From the NCBI GenBank assembly GCA_000708835.1, contig DF238762.1:62001-126000 (forward strand): a stretch of DNA of 64,000 nucleotides. Reading direction: 5' to 3'. The notes beneath the pieces are model-generated. The model saw only the letters and a list, made by a program, of their open reading frames with translations, did no database searches and was not told where the DNA came from. Origin of the DNA: Klebsormidium nitens (taxonomy: Eukaryota; Plantae; Klebsormidiophyceae). Position numbers and translations under genes: made by a program. Shown piece after piece: positions 1 to 15,370 of this stretch; position 1 is the stretch's first letter, and each line of letters opens with the position of its first letter.

Positions 1-157
1 CAATAAGCATCGATTGACTTTCTATTGCTAAGCCACGTTCAACAAGTACTTGATTCAGTTTTTGAATGAAAAAAATCCATCTCATTAAAAACTCCTTACT
101 TTTTTTTTATAAATCTGTTGACGAGATACAGAAAACGATTGTACTATAAAAATAAAA

Positions 158-230
158 GCCGAGATAGCTCAGATGGTAGAGCATGGGACTGAAAATCCCC
201 GTGTCACCAGTTCAATCCTGGTTCTCGGCA
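158..230 (+). tRNA. trnF: tRNA-Phe(GAA)
   Basis: Cloverleaf GCCGAGA...TCTCGGC-A, anticodon loop CTGAAAA, GTTCAAT T-loop. Confidence 0.95.
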
Positions 231-614
231 TATAAAGAAAACAGATTCTAACGAAAAAACTTTTATATAGTTTATGGTAATTATTTCATAATCAATTGAA
301 TCTTTTTCATTATTAATATTACAAACTTTCTGTAAATACGAATCTATATTTCATTGCTCTTTTATATAAATGATTCAACTAAATTTTTGTGACTTTAGAT
401 TTTTATTACACTTTTAAAAACTATTCACATAATTCACTTTATTTTTAAACAAATTGAATTTGAAGGATCTAATTTAAAATAAACAGAATTACAAAATTAT
501 AAGCAATTTTTTAAGTTGCTTATTAAGTTTATAGGGTAAATCAATATATAATTTAGATAAAAAAAAAGCTTTAAAAACCCTAATGATGAAAACTGATTAA
601 TGTTCACATTACTA

Positions 615-643
615 TTGACAAAGTATCTATTATGCGCTAATAT
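615..643 (+). promoter_or_regulatory. Sigma70-like promoter for trnE-trnY-trnL cluster
   Basis: TTGACA-17 nt-TAATAT, 23 nt upstream of trnE. Confidence 0.7.
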
Positions 644-666
644 ATATCTTAGAAACAAAGGTTACA

Positions 667-739
667 GCCCCCATCGTCTAGAGGCCTAGGACATCTCCCT
701 TTCACGGAGGCGACGGGGATTCGAATTCCCCTGGGGGTA
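667..739 (+). tRNA. trnE: tRNA-Glu(UUC)
   Basis: GCCCCCATCGTCTAG...GGGGGTA, anticodon loop CTTTCAC. Confidence 0.95.
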
Positions 740-789
740 AGCAAAATTATTTTGTATTGCTAATAAAACTACGAAAGCAGTAATATATA

Positions 790-872
790 GGGTCGATGCC
801 CGAGTGGCTAAAGGGAGTGGACTGTAAATCCATTGGCTTATGCCTACGCTGGTTCAAATCCAGCTCGGCCCA
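790..872 (+). tRNA. trnY: tRNA-Tyr(GUA)
   Basis: GGGTCGATGCCCGAG..., anticodon loop CTGTAAA, long variable arm. Confidence 0.95.
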
Positions 873-944
873 TCACATGTATTGTGAAACGAAAAACATA
901 AATCATTGCTTTATATTTATGCTAAAATAGAAGCAGTTTTAAGT

Positions 945-1029
945 GGGGGCATGGCGGAATAGGCAGACGCAGTGGACTTAAAATCCACTGGCCCTTTGGG
1001 CCATGAGGGTTCAAATCCCTCTGCCCCTA
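945..1029 (+). tRNA. trnL: tRNA-Leu(UAA), no group I intron
   Basis: Anticodon arm GTGGA-CTTAAAA-TCCAC is contiguous; long variable arm. Confidence 0.93.
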
Positions 1030-1124
1030 AATTATTTATTGAAAAAGGTAAAAACACCTTTTACAAGTAAAGGTGTATACTTTAATTTGTTCCTTTATTT
1101 TTTAGTATTTGGAGGAAGATTTAA

Positions 1125-1220
1125 ATGCCCACCATATTTGTTTATTTTGGCTTACTTTTTGCTGTCTTAGGATTTGCCCTAGTACTGCTACTTGGGCTTA
1201 GTAAAATTCAATTAATTTAG
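1125..1220 (+). CDS. petL: Cytochrome b6f subunit PetL
   Basis: MPTIFVYFGLLFAVLGFALVLLLGLSKIQLI*, 31 aa, directly upstream of petG. Confidence 0.9.
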   Translation: MPTIFVYFGLLFAVLGFALVLLLGLSKIQLI

Positions 1221-1313
1221 ATATTTCAAAAAGATACAAAGTGTTGTCTTTTTGTAATATGTTAACAAAGATTAAAAATCCTTTTACCTTCATCTTATAT
1301 TTAATATAAAAAA

Positions 1314-1427
1314 ATGGTTGAACCTCTGCTATCTGGAATTGTACTTGGGTTAATTCCCATAACTCTTGCTGGGCTTTTCATGACTGCTTACTTGCAATAT
1401 CGCCGTGGGGACCAGCTAGAACTTTAA
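1314..1427 (+). CDS. petG: Cytochrome b6f subunit PetG
   Basis: [37 protein letters not shown]. Confidence 0.97.
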   Translation: MVEPLLSGIVLGLIPITLAGLFMTAYLQYRRGDQLEL

Positions 1428-1442
1428 CTATTTTCATAAAAC

Positions 1443-1467
1443 AAGCCCCTTTTTAAAAAAGGGGCTT
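1443..1467 (+). terminator. Stem-loop after petG
   Basis: AAGCCCCTTTT...AAAAGGGGCTT inverted repeat. Confidence 0.7.
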
Positions 1468-1603
1468 TTAAAATAAAAGAAATGTAAATTTTTTAGTAAA
1501 TAAAATTAATGTAATCTATATATTTATCTTAATCAGATAATTGACCTTCAGACTCGTATCAAGTACAATCTTCTTTGCCCCTTTTTTCATTTCTAAGGGG
1601 CAA

Positions 1604-1690
1604 GGAAGGATGGCCGAGTGGTCGATGGCGTAGCATTGGAAATGCTATGTAGGTTTTGGCCTACCGAGGGTTCGAATCCCTCTTCTTCCT
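1604..1690 (+). tRNA. trnS: tRNA-Ser(GGA)
   Basis: TAGCA-TTGGAAA-TGCTA anticodon arm, long variable arm. Confidence 0.93.
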
Positions 1691-1754
1691 CATTTTAATA
1701 AGTTTTTCGTTTTTTAAACAGTTTTAAAAATTTCAATGAAATGACTTATGAAAT

Positions 1755-2405
1755 TTATAACTTTCGGGCATAGTATTCTACAACCAACAGCTCATTTATA
1801 GGAAATCCGATTGCCTCACGTTCAGGCAAATGACGGACACTACCCGTAGATCGGGGAGACTCAACACTTAGATGATTTGGTAGACGAGACAGATTTGTCA
1901 CTGGAAGATTCTCTAAAAGAGAACGAGTTGAAGCTCGATCAATTCGCACTGCAATACGATCTTCCGGTTTACATCTGTAACTAGGAATATTTACTCTATG
2001 ATTATTTACTAAAATATGTCCATGACTTACTAATTGTCTAGCTGCGGGGATAGTTGGAGTAATACCTAAGCGAAACACAAGATTGTCTAAACGCATTTCA
2101 AGAAGCTGTAGCAAAGCTTGACCTGTTCCATCTTTCGATTTTCTAGCAAGCTTGACATAAGTTAAAAGTTGTCTTTCAGTTACACCGTAGTGATATCGTA
2201 ATTTTTGCTTTTCTTTGAGCCTTGCTTGATAAGGTTTTTCTTTTTTTTGACTCTGAATTTTTGCAGACAGTTCAGCAGTTCTACCAGGAAGATGTCGAAT
2301 TCGAGGTTTTTTAGAAGTAAGGCCTGGTATCGGTAAATCAGATTCCTCTTTTTTTGATGTAAGTCGACGTACAATGCGAAGACGCGGACCACAATAACGT
2401 GACAT
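1755..2405 (-). CDS. rps4: 30S ribosomal protein S4
   Basis: MSRYCGPRLRIVRRL...LEMRLDN...ELLVVEYYARK; true start at 2405, the ORF-track N-terminal extension is not S4-like. Confidence 0.95.
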   Translation of the reverse strand: MSRYCGPRLRIVRRLTSKKEESDLPIPGLTSKKPRIRHLPGRTAELSAKIQSQKKEKPYQARLKEKQKLRYHYGVTERQLLTYVKLARKSKDGTGQALLQLLEMRLDNLVFRLGITPTIPAARQLVSHGHILVNNHRVNIPSYRCKPEDRIAVRIDRASTRSLLENLPVTNLSRLPNHLSVESPRSTGSVRHLPEREAIGFPINELLVVEYYARKL

Positions 2406-2599
2406 AAAATAAAACTTTAAAAAAATGGGAGAAGCAAAACAATAATTATGTTTGAAACTTGAAACATATCCTGAAATAAAAAAATAAAATCTTATATAGA
2501 GAAAAAAGTATCTAAAAGGCTTTTGCTTTTTTAACCATCCTTCCTTACAAGCAAATATCAAATGAAGTTTGAAATCTTAGAAAAGTTTTCAAAAAATTT

Positions 2600-2990
2600 T
2601 TGCCTTTTGGTTTCACCGTTCCTATGATACCGGTATAATTTGGCAGGCTCTCTCTAGATACCAGAGTTTTAGAGAAACAAATAGAAACAGACACAATGAA
2701 ATGAATGTATGTCATTTCAACTCTTATAACTCCGATATTAACAGCTTTTAAATGGAAGCATTATAACGGTAATGGAATTTTATTACAAGAGTTTGCTATG
2801 TAGCTAGCCTATCAGTTCAAACTTTATTTAAAAATATTTTTTCAATAATTTTTCTCTCTGCGTTGATACTCTCAAGAGAGTAGTAATTTATTTTGCGTGA
2901 AGCAAATGGATTTTCACCAATCTATATCATAAGTTTTACCCTTGCTTTTTAACAAAGGATAGGAACAAATCCTATTCGAGCCACACATAA
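2600..2990 (-). other. 5' half of trans-spliced group II intron of rps12 (downstream end approximate)
   Basis: Follows exon 1. Hairpin GAAATGA-cATACAT-TCATTTC (plus 2698-2718) presents EBS1 complementary to exon end GTGTAT. No domain V before rps4. Confidence 0.8.
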
Positions 2991-3104
2991 ATACACCCGA
3001 GTACATACTCCTCTTCTTTGAGGACAAGCTCGTAGGGCAGGAGACTTAGTCTTTGAGACTACGCGTTCCCTAGAACCACGTGTCAACTGATGGATTGTGG
3101 GCAT
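2991..3104 (-). CDS. rps12: 30S ribosomal protein S12, exon 1 (114 nt, trans-spliced)
   Basis: [38 protein letters not shown]. Confidence 0.93.
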
Positions 3105-3156
3105 TTTTTCAACCTGTTTAAAAAAGTGCCAATAAATTGTGACTATAAACTTTTTT

Positions 3157-3638
3157 TTAACTATCGGCCCAAGGTACGGATTCCATACTTGCTACTACTT
3201 GATCTACGACACCATATTCTTTAGCTTCTTCTGCCGACATAAAGGAATCTCTTTCTAAATCTTCGGAAATTAAATTGCGAGGTTGCCCAGTGCGAATGGA
3301 ATAAATTCGAGTGATTTCATCACGAATTCGAAGAACCTCATTTGCTTCCATCAGAAATTCGCCCGCTTGTCCATCATAATAAGCGCTTGACGGTTGATGA
3401 ATCATGACTCGAGCATGAGGCATTGCAATACGTTTACCAAATTCTCCTCCCGAAAGAACAAATGATCCCATAGACATAGCCATACCCATGCAAATAGTAG
3501 TAACATCGGGTTGAACATAGTCCATAGTATCAAAAACAGCAAGACCAGCTAAGACTGATCCACCGGGAGAATTTATATACATAAACATTTCCCGTTTCTC
3601 ATCTTCTGCATTTAAATAAACCATAATTCCAACAAGCT
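3157..3638 (-). CDS. clpP: Clp protease proteolytic subunit, exon 2
   Basis: (Q)LVGIMVYL...INSPGGSV...AMSMGS...RVMIHQP. Confidence 0.92.
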
Positions 3639-4203
3639 AATAGAAAGCCACTTTTAAACAAAAATTGGACATCCCTTTAGAACCAAAGCATGCATATTAA
3701 AACGCACTTGGCTCCCCGCCCAAAAAGATATTTTTTATTTCTCTCGTTTGGGTTGTCTATTGTTACAAAAACAAAGCATAGTTACTGCTTTCAATTTTGA
3801 GTGAAAAGCTCTTTTAAAATGATCGATTGTTTCAGACTCAGCTTAACGTTTGCTTAATTTTATTATTTTAATAAGATTGCTACACATCTTTGATAAAAAT
3901 AAATCTTTTCAATTTTTTTCTTCCTTTTTTACTGTAGTGAGCTCCATTATTCTTATTTTTCAATCAGTAGAACAAGAAATGGCTCAAATTTTTTCAAAAT
4001 AGATTCATCAGAATCACCAACAGTAGGTTGTTTTTATTTGTATTTTTCTGCATGTTTGGTTGATGAAAAAAGAGAATTTAGTTTCGCTTAAAATAGCAGG
4101 CTTTCAATTGCTGGATTTCTACCAACAAGTTGCTATGAAGCGTGTGCAATAAAGTAAAAAAAATTTTCTTCTCACACTATCAAGAATTATAGCTAATTCG
4201 CGA
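3639..4203 (-). other. cis group II intron in clpP after nt 136
   Basis: Domain V GAGCCAAGTGCG...GCATGCTTTGGTTC (plus 3680-3714); boundaries TCGCG...CTATT restore conserved CNQLVG. Confidence 0.88.
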
Positions 4204-4339
4204 GATTGCAGATTTCATCATTGACAGCTTGTGCAAGAAAAAGAATTCTTTCTCTATATAGTAAATTATAAATATCTACATAACTTGCATCTTCTTCACC
4301 AGGTAAACGATAAGGAACTTTTGGAACACCAATGGGCAT
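4204..4339 (-). CDS. clpP: Clp protease proteolytic subunit, exon 1
   Basis: [45 protein letters not shown]; spliced total 205 aa. Confidence 0.92.
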
Positions 4340-4634
4340 AAGCAGAAAAACAATACTTTTGATATCAATGCATACGTTTTTTATTATTTATTAGCAACAA
4401 AAAACAAAGGATGCTATGGCAGCTTATAGTATAAACTATAAAAACAATTATAGTTTTTATTTGCACTTATTTTGTTTGAAAAGAATAGAGTATAGTTTAC
4501 TAGTAGATATCAATTAAATGGTATACTAACTAGGCCGTATATGCTCTTATTCGAGAAAAAAGGCAAAAAGACTGCGATAATATAAAAATGATTAACAAAG
4601 CAAAAAATTTCTTGATTCAATAAGGAGTTTTCCT

Positions 4635-6161
4635 ATGGGATTGCCTTGGTATCGTGTTCATACTGTAGTCTTAAATGACCCAGGCCGCTTAATTGCAGTT
4701 CATCTAATGCATACTGCTTTAGTTTCTGGCTGGGCAGGATCAATGGCTTTATATGAACTTGCTGTATTTGATCCTTCTGATCCAGTTCTTGACCCTATGT
4801 GGCGACAAGGAATGTTTGTTATCCCTTTTATGACTCGTTTAGGTGTAACAAAATCTTGGGGAGGCTGGAGTATTAGCGGACAAACAGTTACAAATGCAGG
4901 ACTTTGGAGCTACGAAGGAGTTGCCGGAGTACATATTGTTTTATCTGGACTCCTTTTCTTAGCAGCCATTTGGCATTGGGTATATTGGGACTTAGATCTA
5001 TTTAGAGACGATCGTACAAGACAACCATCTCTAGATTTACCTAAGATCTTTGGTATTCATCTGTTTTTATCAGGTGTTCTTTGTTTTGCTTTTGGAGCTT
5101 TTCATGTAACAGGACTTTTTGGCCCTGGTATTTGGGTATCTGATCCATATGGTTTAACTGGGCGAGTCCAGCCTGTGGCTCCAGCCTGGGGAGCAGAAGG
5201 TTTTGACCCGTTTAATCCAGGTGGTATTGCCTCCCATCATATTGCTGCTGGCATCCTTGGAATTTTAGCAGGCCTATTTCATTTAAGTGTTCGCCCACCT
5301 CAACGTCTGTTTCGTGCTCTTCGAATGGGAAACGTTGAAACAGTTCTATCTAGCAGTATTGCAGCTGTATTTTTTGCTGCATTTGTTGTAGCTGGTACGA
5401 TGTGGTATGGATCCGCAGCAACACCAATCGAACTTTTTGGTCCTACTCGTTATCAATGGGACCAAGGTTATTTTCAACAAGAGATAGAAAGACGAATTGA
5501 AGCACAAGTTGCACAAGGAGTTCCTGCATCTAAGGCCTGGTCTAACATCCCAGCTAAACTTGCCTTCTATGATTATATTGGAAATAACCCAGCGAAAGGC
5601 GGCTTATTCAGAGCAGGAGCTATGGATAGTGGAGACGGAATTGCTGTTGGTTGGTTAGGTCATGCAAGCTTTCAAGACAAAGAAGGGCACGAACTTTTTG
5701 TTCGACGTATGCCTACTTTTTTTGAAACTTTTCCAGTGGTCCTTGCGGATGAAGATGGAGTTGTTCGGGCTGATGTTCCTTTCCGACGTGCTGAATCAAA
5801 ATATAGCGTTGAACAAGTAGGCGTAACTGTCCAATTCTATGGCGGTGAGCTAGATGGGGTGCGTTTTACAGATCCTGCCACTGTTAAGAAATATGCAAGA
5901 CGAGCTCAATTAGGAGAAATTTTTGAGTTTGATCGTGCTACGTTAAAGTCTGACGGTGTTTTCCGTAGCAGCCCACGTGGATGGTTTAGTTTCGGCCATG
6001 CAACCTTTGCTTTGCTATTTTTCTTTGGTCATATTTGGCATGGAGCTCGGACCTTGTTCCGAGATGTGTTCGCTGGTATCGACCCCGACCTCGGTGATCA
6101 AATCGAGTTTGGCGTGTTCCAAAAACTAGGCGATCCTACAACTCGTAGACAGGCCGTTTAA
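4635..6161 (+). CDS. psbB: PSII CP47
   Basis: [27 protein letters not shown], 508 aa. Confidence 0.99.
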   Translation: MGLPWYRVHTVVLNDPGRLIAVHLMHTALVSGWAGSMALYELAVFDPSDPVLDPMWRQGMFVIPFMTRLGVTKSWGGWSISGQTVTNAGLWSYEGVAGVHIVLSGLLFLAAIWHWVYWDLDLFRDDRTRQPSLDLPKIFGIHLFLSGVLCFAFGAFHVTGLFGPGIWVSDPYGLTGRVQPVAPAWGAEGFDPFNPGGIASHHIAAGILGILAGLFHLSVRPPQRLFRALRMGNVETVLSSSIAAVFFAAFVVAGTMWYGSAATPIELFGPTRYQWDQGYFQQEIERRIEAQVAQGVPASKAWSNIPAKLAFYDYIGNNPAKGGLFRAGAMDSGDGIAVGWLGHASFQDKEGHELFVRRMPTFFETFPVVLADEDGVVRADVPFRRAESKYSVEQVGVTVQFYGGELDGVRFTDPATVKKYARRAQLGEIFEFDRATLKSDGVFRSSPRGWFSFGHATFALLFFFGHIWHGARTLFRDVFAGIDPDLGDQIEFGVFQKLGDPTTRRQAV

Positions 6162-6215
6162 GCTAAACTCCCCTCTAATTTGAAAAAAGAGGGGTTACAC
6201 AACTCATTCAAACAT

Positions 6216-6320
6216 ATGGAAGCTCTAGTATATACATTTCTTCTCGTAGGTACTCTTGGTATTATATTCTTTGCTATCTTTTTTCGAGAGCCACCAAAGA
6301 TCACTAGCAATAAGAAATAA
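6216..6320 (+). CDS. psbT: PSII protein T
   Basis: [34 protein letters not shown]. Confidence 0.96.
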   Translation: MEALVYTFLLVGTLGIIFFAIFFREPPKITSNKK

Positions 6321-6359
6321 CAAGGACCCTATACAGGGTCCTTAGAACAAGTGAGATAT

Positions 6360-6491
6360 TTAGTCTTCGTGCTCCTCAAAGGGGTCTCTTAGCTCCTTTG
6401 ATGGCTGTCCAAAAGCAGTATAAAGAGCATAACCAGTTACACCTACTAAGAAACAAGAAAGAAAGATTGTGATCAGGGTGGCGGGTTCCAT
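6360..6491 (-). CDS. psbN: PsbN/Pbf1
   Basis: [10 protein letters not shown]...[20 protein letters not shown], antisense between psbT and psbH. Confidence 0.96.
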   Translation of the reverse strand: MEPATLITIFLSCFLVGVTGYALYTAFGQPSKELRDPFEEHED

Positions 6492-6576
6492 ACAAAAATA
6501 GCTCCTCCTGAAGGGCATATTCTATCATAATACGAAAAGCCAATTAGATCTACGTTAAGCCCCTTCTTATACATAT

Positions 6577-6816
6577 ATGGCGACTAAAACTCTTGACCAA
6601 GATCCTAACAAGCAGCGGCCTGGTGCCGCAGTAAGCAGCGTGCTTAAGCCTTTGAATGCAGAATATGGAAAAGTTGCTCCAGGGTGGGGAACCACTGTCT
6701 TAATGGGAGTATTCATGGCCCTATTTGCTGTTTTCTTGGTAATTATCTTAGAACTTTATAACGCTTCAGTGTTACTTGATGGAGTTCCTGTAAGCTGGCA
6801 GAGCGTGCAAAGCTAA
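6577..6816 (+). CDS. psbH: PSII phosphoprotein H
   Basis: [18 protein letters not shown] motif. Confidence 0.97.
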   Translation: MATKTLDQDPNKQRPGAAVSSVLKPLNAEYGKVAPGWGTTVLMGVFMALFAVFLVIILELYNASVLLDGVPVSWQSVQS

Positions 6817-7011
6817 CGTAGCCTCTTGCCATTAAAAAAAGATATTTTTGTAGCCCAATAACTATAACTTTGGGCTACAAAAATATCCAATGTTTATTTG
6901 TTTATTCTTTAAAAGCTTATTTTTTAAAGGTTCCCTGAAAGATTTCTAAATTTGTAAGTTCAATGTTAGGGCGCTCAATCGTGTAATTTTTTATTGATTG
7001 CATTCTACTTT

Positions 7012-7017
7012 ATGGGT
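7012..7017 (+). CDS. petB: Cytochrome b6, exon 1 (ATGGGT)
   Basis: 6-nt exon as in other streptophytes; joins to AAA GTC TAC at 8613 to give MGKVYDW, 215 aa. Confidence 0.8.
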
Positions 7018-7021
7018 GTGC

Positions 7022-7481
7022 TTGTGATTATCTATTACAATTTTTATACTATGACTCTTTAGAAGTTATACCGAGTGGTATGATTTGGCAGCTAATAGAG
7101 CGAATAAAATTAGACTTATGAGACAATTTAAATAAATAGGTAATTTAGGCAAAATGTTTTTAACGAAAATCTTCTTTACGCACATCGGAGAAGAATCAAT
7201 TCATTGGAACAAAAGTTTTACCAAGTCGCATGAGTCCGAGAATAATTGTGAGAAGATAATTCTTTCTCTAGAAACTTAATTGTAATGAATATTACAAACT
7301 TATATGATTCAATTTCATTTAAAAAACTAGAGATAGAAGGGAAAAATGAATAAAAAATTAAACTTTCGTCTCTTTATATTTTTAAATTCAGTAAAAAGAT
7401 TTAAAAAGAGACAGGGCCGTATGAGTTAAAAACTCGTGTCCGGCCCGATGAGAGGAAAACCAAAAGGTTTTCTATCCAGGC
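7022..7481 (+). other. Internal group II intron A nested in petB intron
   Basis: 5' TTGTG, domain V 7414-7446, bulged A 7474 at -8, EBS1 GCACAT (7180-7185) in hairpin loop pairs with preceding GTGTGC. Confidence 0.82.
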
Positions 7482-7753
7482 GACTCGCATCTCTCTTTGT
7501 AAATGATTAAAACAATAAAATCATTAGTCGACTCAGGCTTTGTCTTCGGTGACGGAGAAAAGTAATGCTTGAGTAGGATTGGAGTTTCAACAATCCTGTA
7601 CCGATTTTTTTAAAAATTAGGTTCGTTTAAACAAATGTGCAATTAAAAAACCTTAAAAGTTAGATAAAAAAAAAGCTGGAGTTTGATCAAATCCTTTGAA
7701 TAAACTTCTTTATACCAGTTCTATTTATATAAGGTATAGCATAGGCCTAACAC

Positions 7754-8365
7754 GTGTGAATTGAAGAAACCCATAGATAAAATATTATGACCTTTACTTC
7801 TTAATTCTATTTAAAAGATAAAAAAGTACTTAACTTTTTTGCTTAAAAGGTCTAATTCACTAAAGCGCTCTCTTTTGCCTCTTACAGAAAGGGTAAGAAG
7901 AAAATAACATAGGAGAAATATACAAAAAAGATAAGAAGATATTTTCAATTTTGTAAAAATGCATTTTAGCTTGTATTGACACTTGTATTGTTTTTTGAAT
8001 TGTAAGACAAGCTTATCGTGCTAGATAAAAAATGATTCTAAACATATTTTTTATGCTATCGAAGTACTGAGTGTTAGTATTTTGGATAAAACATTGAAGC
8101 ATAAAACACAATTTTGCAAAGTCTATTCTTATAAAAACAAAAAGTAGTGTCGAATATTTTGCTTTCAATCTAAGGAATAAACCAATAAATCTTAACAAAA
8201 TGAAAAAGAGCCAATAATAAAAGGTATGGCAAACTATATCTAACAAGATTGTTACTTTTTTACAAGTAAAACTTAATTGATATCAGTTTAGAGCCGTGTG
8301 CCTATAGTTTTGCATGCACGTCTCGAAGTGAATTAGTCAGGTAATCTATTAGCCTAACTCATTTT
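7754..8365 (+). other. Internal group II intron B nested in petB intron (3' end +/-1 nt)
   Basis: 5' GTGTG, domain V 8291-8324, EBS1 GTGTTA (8071-8076) in AAGTAC/GTATTT hairpin pairs with preceding TAACAC. Confidence 0.8.
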
Positions 8366-8597
8366 CTGTTCTACGAAATAAACAAAAGAGAAGACGAGAT
8401 AGTTTTTACTAGGCAGAAAAAATTTGAACTATCCTAGTACAAAAGATAAAATAATTTGTATCTTTCCGAAGATATGAATTGTGCCAACTAATAAATTAGA
8501 AAAACATAAATTATTTTTTATATTTTTTGTTATTAGTATGAGCCGGACGATGCACAAGCTTCATGTCCGATTCTAAAATGGAGGAAAGCTTTTATAG

Positions 8598-9254
<657 letters not shown>

Positions 9255-9319
9255 AAAAGTTTTTACTAACTTTGTTTCAATTCAATTAAGACAACCACAT
9301 TCATTATCTAATGGAATAG

Positions 9320-9811
<492 letters not shown>

Positions 9812-9847
9812 ACTTTCAAGCTTATGAAGCAATAAATTTTATTTAGC

Positions 9848-9883
9848 TTTTGCCTAAGGGGAGGAAACCCTCCTTAGGCAAAA
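9848..9883 (+). terminator. Stem-loop after petD
   Basis: TTTTGCCTAAGG...CCTTAGGCAAAA. Confidence 0.75.
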
Positions 9884-10031
9884 AAACCTATTCGACTAAA
9901 AAGTACCATTTAATTATACTAAAATGCAATTTTATAAAATATATCGTTATTTTTTATAAATAGTATTAAAAAACACTATATATTTTTATGATTTTTATTT
10001 GCGATATTTTATTACAAATAAAATGAAACAG

Positions 10032-10060
10032 TTGACAAGAGTTATACAAAGTGTTAATAT
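10032..10060 (+). promoter_or_regulatory. Sigma70-like promoter for psbA 3' precursor
   Basis: TTGACA-17 nt-TAATAT between the petD terminator and the psbA half-intron. Confidence 0.72.
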
Positions 10061-10066
10061 ATACGT

Positions 10067-11123
<1,057 letters not shown>

Positions 11124-11177
11124 GTTTTGTCTCTTGGCTCCTTGCTGGAGTTACCCACGCCTTTAGGGGCGTGGGGG

Positions 11178-11251
11178 GGCGGATGTAGCCAAATGGTGAA
11201 GGCAGTGGATTGTGGTTCCATCATGTGCGGGTTCGAGCCCCGTCATTCGCC
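11178..11251 (+). tRNA. trnH: tRNA-His(GUG)
   Basis: G-1 GCGGATG, anticodon loop TTGTGGT, discriminator C. Confidence 0.93.
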
Positions 11252-11299
11252 CACTTGTCAACTTAGCAAAGTAAGAGTATTCTATTTTTAGATAAATAG

Positions 11300-11370
11300 G
11301 CGGGTATGGTCTAGTGGTAGAATATCTCCTTGCCATGGAGAAGGCGCGAGTTCGATTCTCGCTACCCGCT
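11300..11370 (+). tRNA. trnG: tRNA-Gly(GCC)
   Basis: TCTCC-TTGCCAT-GGAGA anticodon arm. Confidence 0.94.
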
Positions 11371-11702
11371 TAACAACACTTAGTTTTTTTAAAGCTTGAA
11401 AGTCTAAGTATATCACTTATTAGTTTAAATTTATAAGTTTTTAACTTTAAGAATTTATATTAGCTATTTTTTCTTGCTTTTACAAGTATAAAAATCTAAT
11501 ATTATGTCTAAAAAAATTTAAATACTTACTTTTCTTGTTTCAATAAAATAGTGATTTTTCTTCTTGTTTGTAAACTTCAATTTTACTTTAATTTATAAAA
11601 CTTATAGTTAAAACTGTTTTAAACTTTTTTACAAGTCAAGTATGGTTGTAGATATGCACCTACAACCATACTTATTCACTAAACTATGAAATTAGCTAGT
11701 TT

Positions 11703-13166
<1,464 letters not shown>

Positions 13167-13397
13167 TCAGAGTGGAATCGACTCGACCTAAGGCTGACAG
13201 CGTCACTGTGATAGCGATTAGGTATAAGATCCCAAAGAAAAGACTTGTTCTCTTTGGTTAATCATATTGTAGCTCAACTAATGTCTAATTGCAAGTGTAA
13301 GTCTACTTTCATGTATACTGTCTTAATATTAAGCCTAAGCAAATTCATTTGTTTATGGCCATCGATCTATTTAAAAAGCCTGAAATTAAAAAATTGA

Positions 13398-14918
<1,521 letters not shown>

Positions 14919-14924
14919 ACAGGT

Positions 14925-15344
14925 ATGAGCCTTAATCTCCGTGTAATGACACCTATTCGCACTGTTTGGGATGGCCAAGTGCAAGAAGTCATACTACCAA
15001 CCAACAGTGGTCAAGTTGGCATCTTACCTAAACATGCATCTCTTTTGACTGCATTGGATATAGGCGTACTCCGAGTACGCACCAATACCCAATGGGTTCG
15101 TATAGCTCTCATGGGGGGCTTTGCTAAAATCGAAAGTGATCGCGTAACCATCCTTGTAAATGAGGGGGAAAAAGCCTCTGAAATTGACCCCCAAGAGGCC
15201 CAAAAAACTCTTGAATTTGCTCAACTTGGTTTAAATAAAGCTGATGGTCCTCGCCAAAAGATTGAGGCAAAATTAGCATTTCGTCGTGCCAAAGCACGGC
15301 TTGAAGCTGCTACTCAAGCATCTTCTAGTGGTACTTCTTTATAA
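14925..15344 (+). CDS. atpE: ATP synthase epsilon
   Basis: [10 protein letters not shown]...[10 protein letters not shown]. Confidence 0.96.
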   Translation: MSLNLRVMTPIRTVWDGQVQEVILPTNSGQVGILPKHASLLTALDIGVLRVRTNTQWVRIALMGGFAKIESDRVTILVNEGEKASEIDPQEAQKTLEFAQLGLNKADGPRQKIEAKLAFRRAKARLEAATQASSSGTSL

Positions 15345-15370
15345 AAAGAAAGGGCTATTAAAATAAGGAT

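Noticed and set aside
2406-2561. N-terminal extensions given by the ORF track for rps4 (likewise rbcL, atpA, atpH, psbC, rpoC1, chlB, rpl20)
   Set aside because: They do not resemble the conserved proteins; starts were reset to the recognised N-termini.
3636-3641. Possible U-to-C RNA editing to rescue TAG at the clpP exon 2 start
   Set aside because: The C of the CAG codon is supplied by exon 1, so no editing is needed, and no other gene here requires editing.
6963-6973. Alternative petB exon 1 ATGTTA followed by GGGCG, with TAGCAT (7738-7743) as a possible EBS1
   Set aside because: It gives MLKVYDW, and the domain I basal stems (CTCG/CGAG) fit only an intron starting GTGC|GACTCG at 7018. 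Kept as a minor alternative until cDNA is seen.
7770-7775. ACCCAT, a perfect complement of petB exon 1
   Set aside because: It lies 16 nt inside internal intron B with no flanking hairpin, so it is likely coincidental.
8013-8246. 77-aa antisense ORF in the petB intron
   Set aside because: Low-complexity Phe/Leu/Ile translation of AT-rich intron; no RT or maturase motifs.
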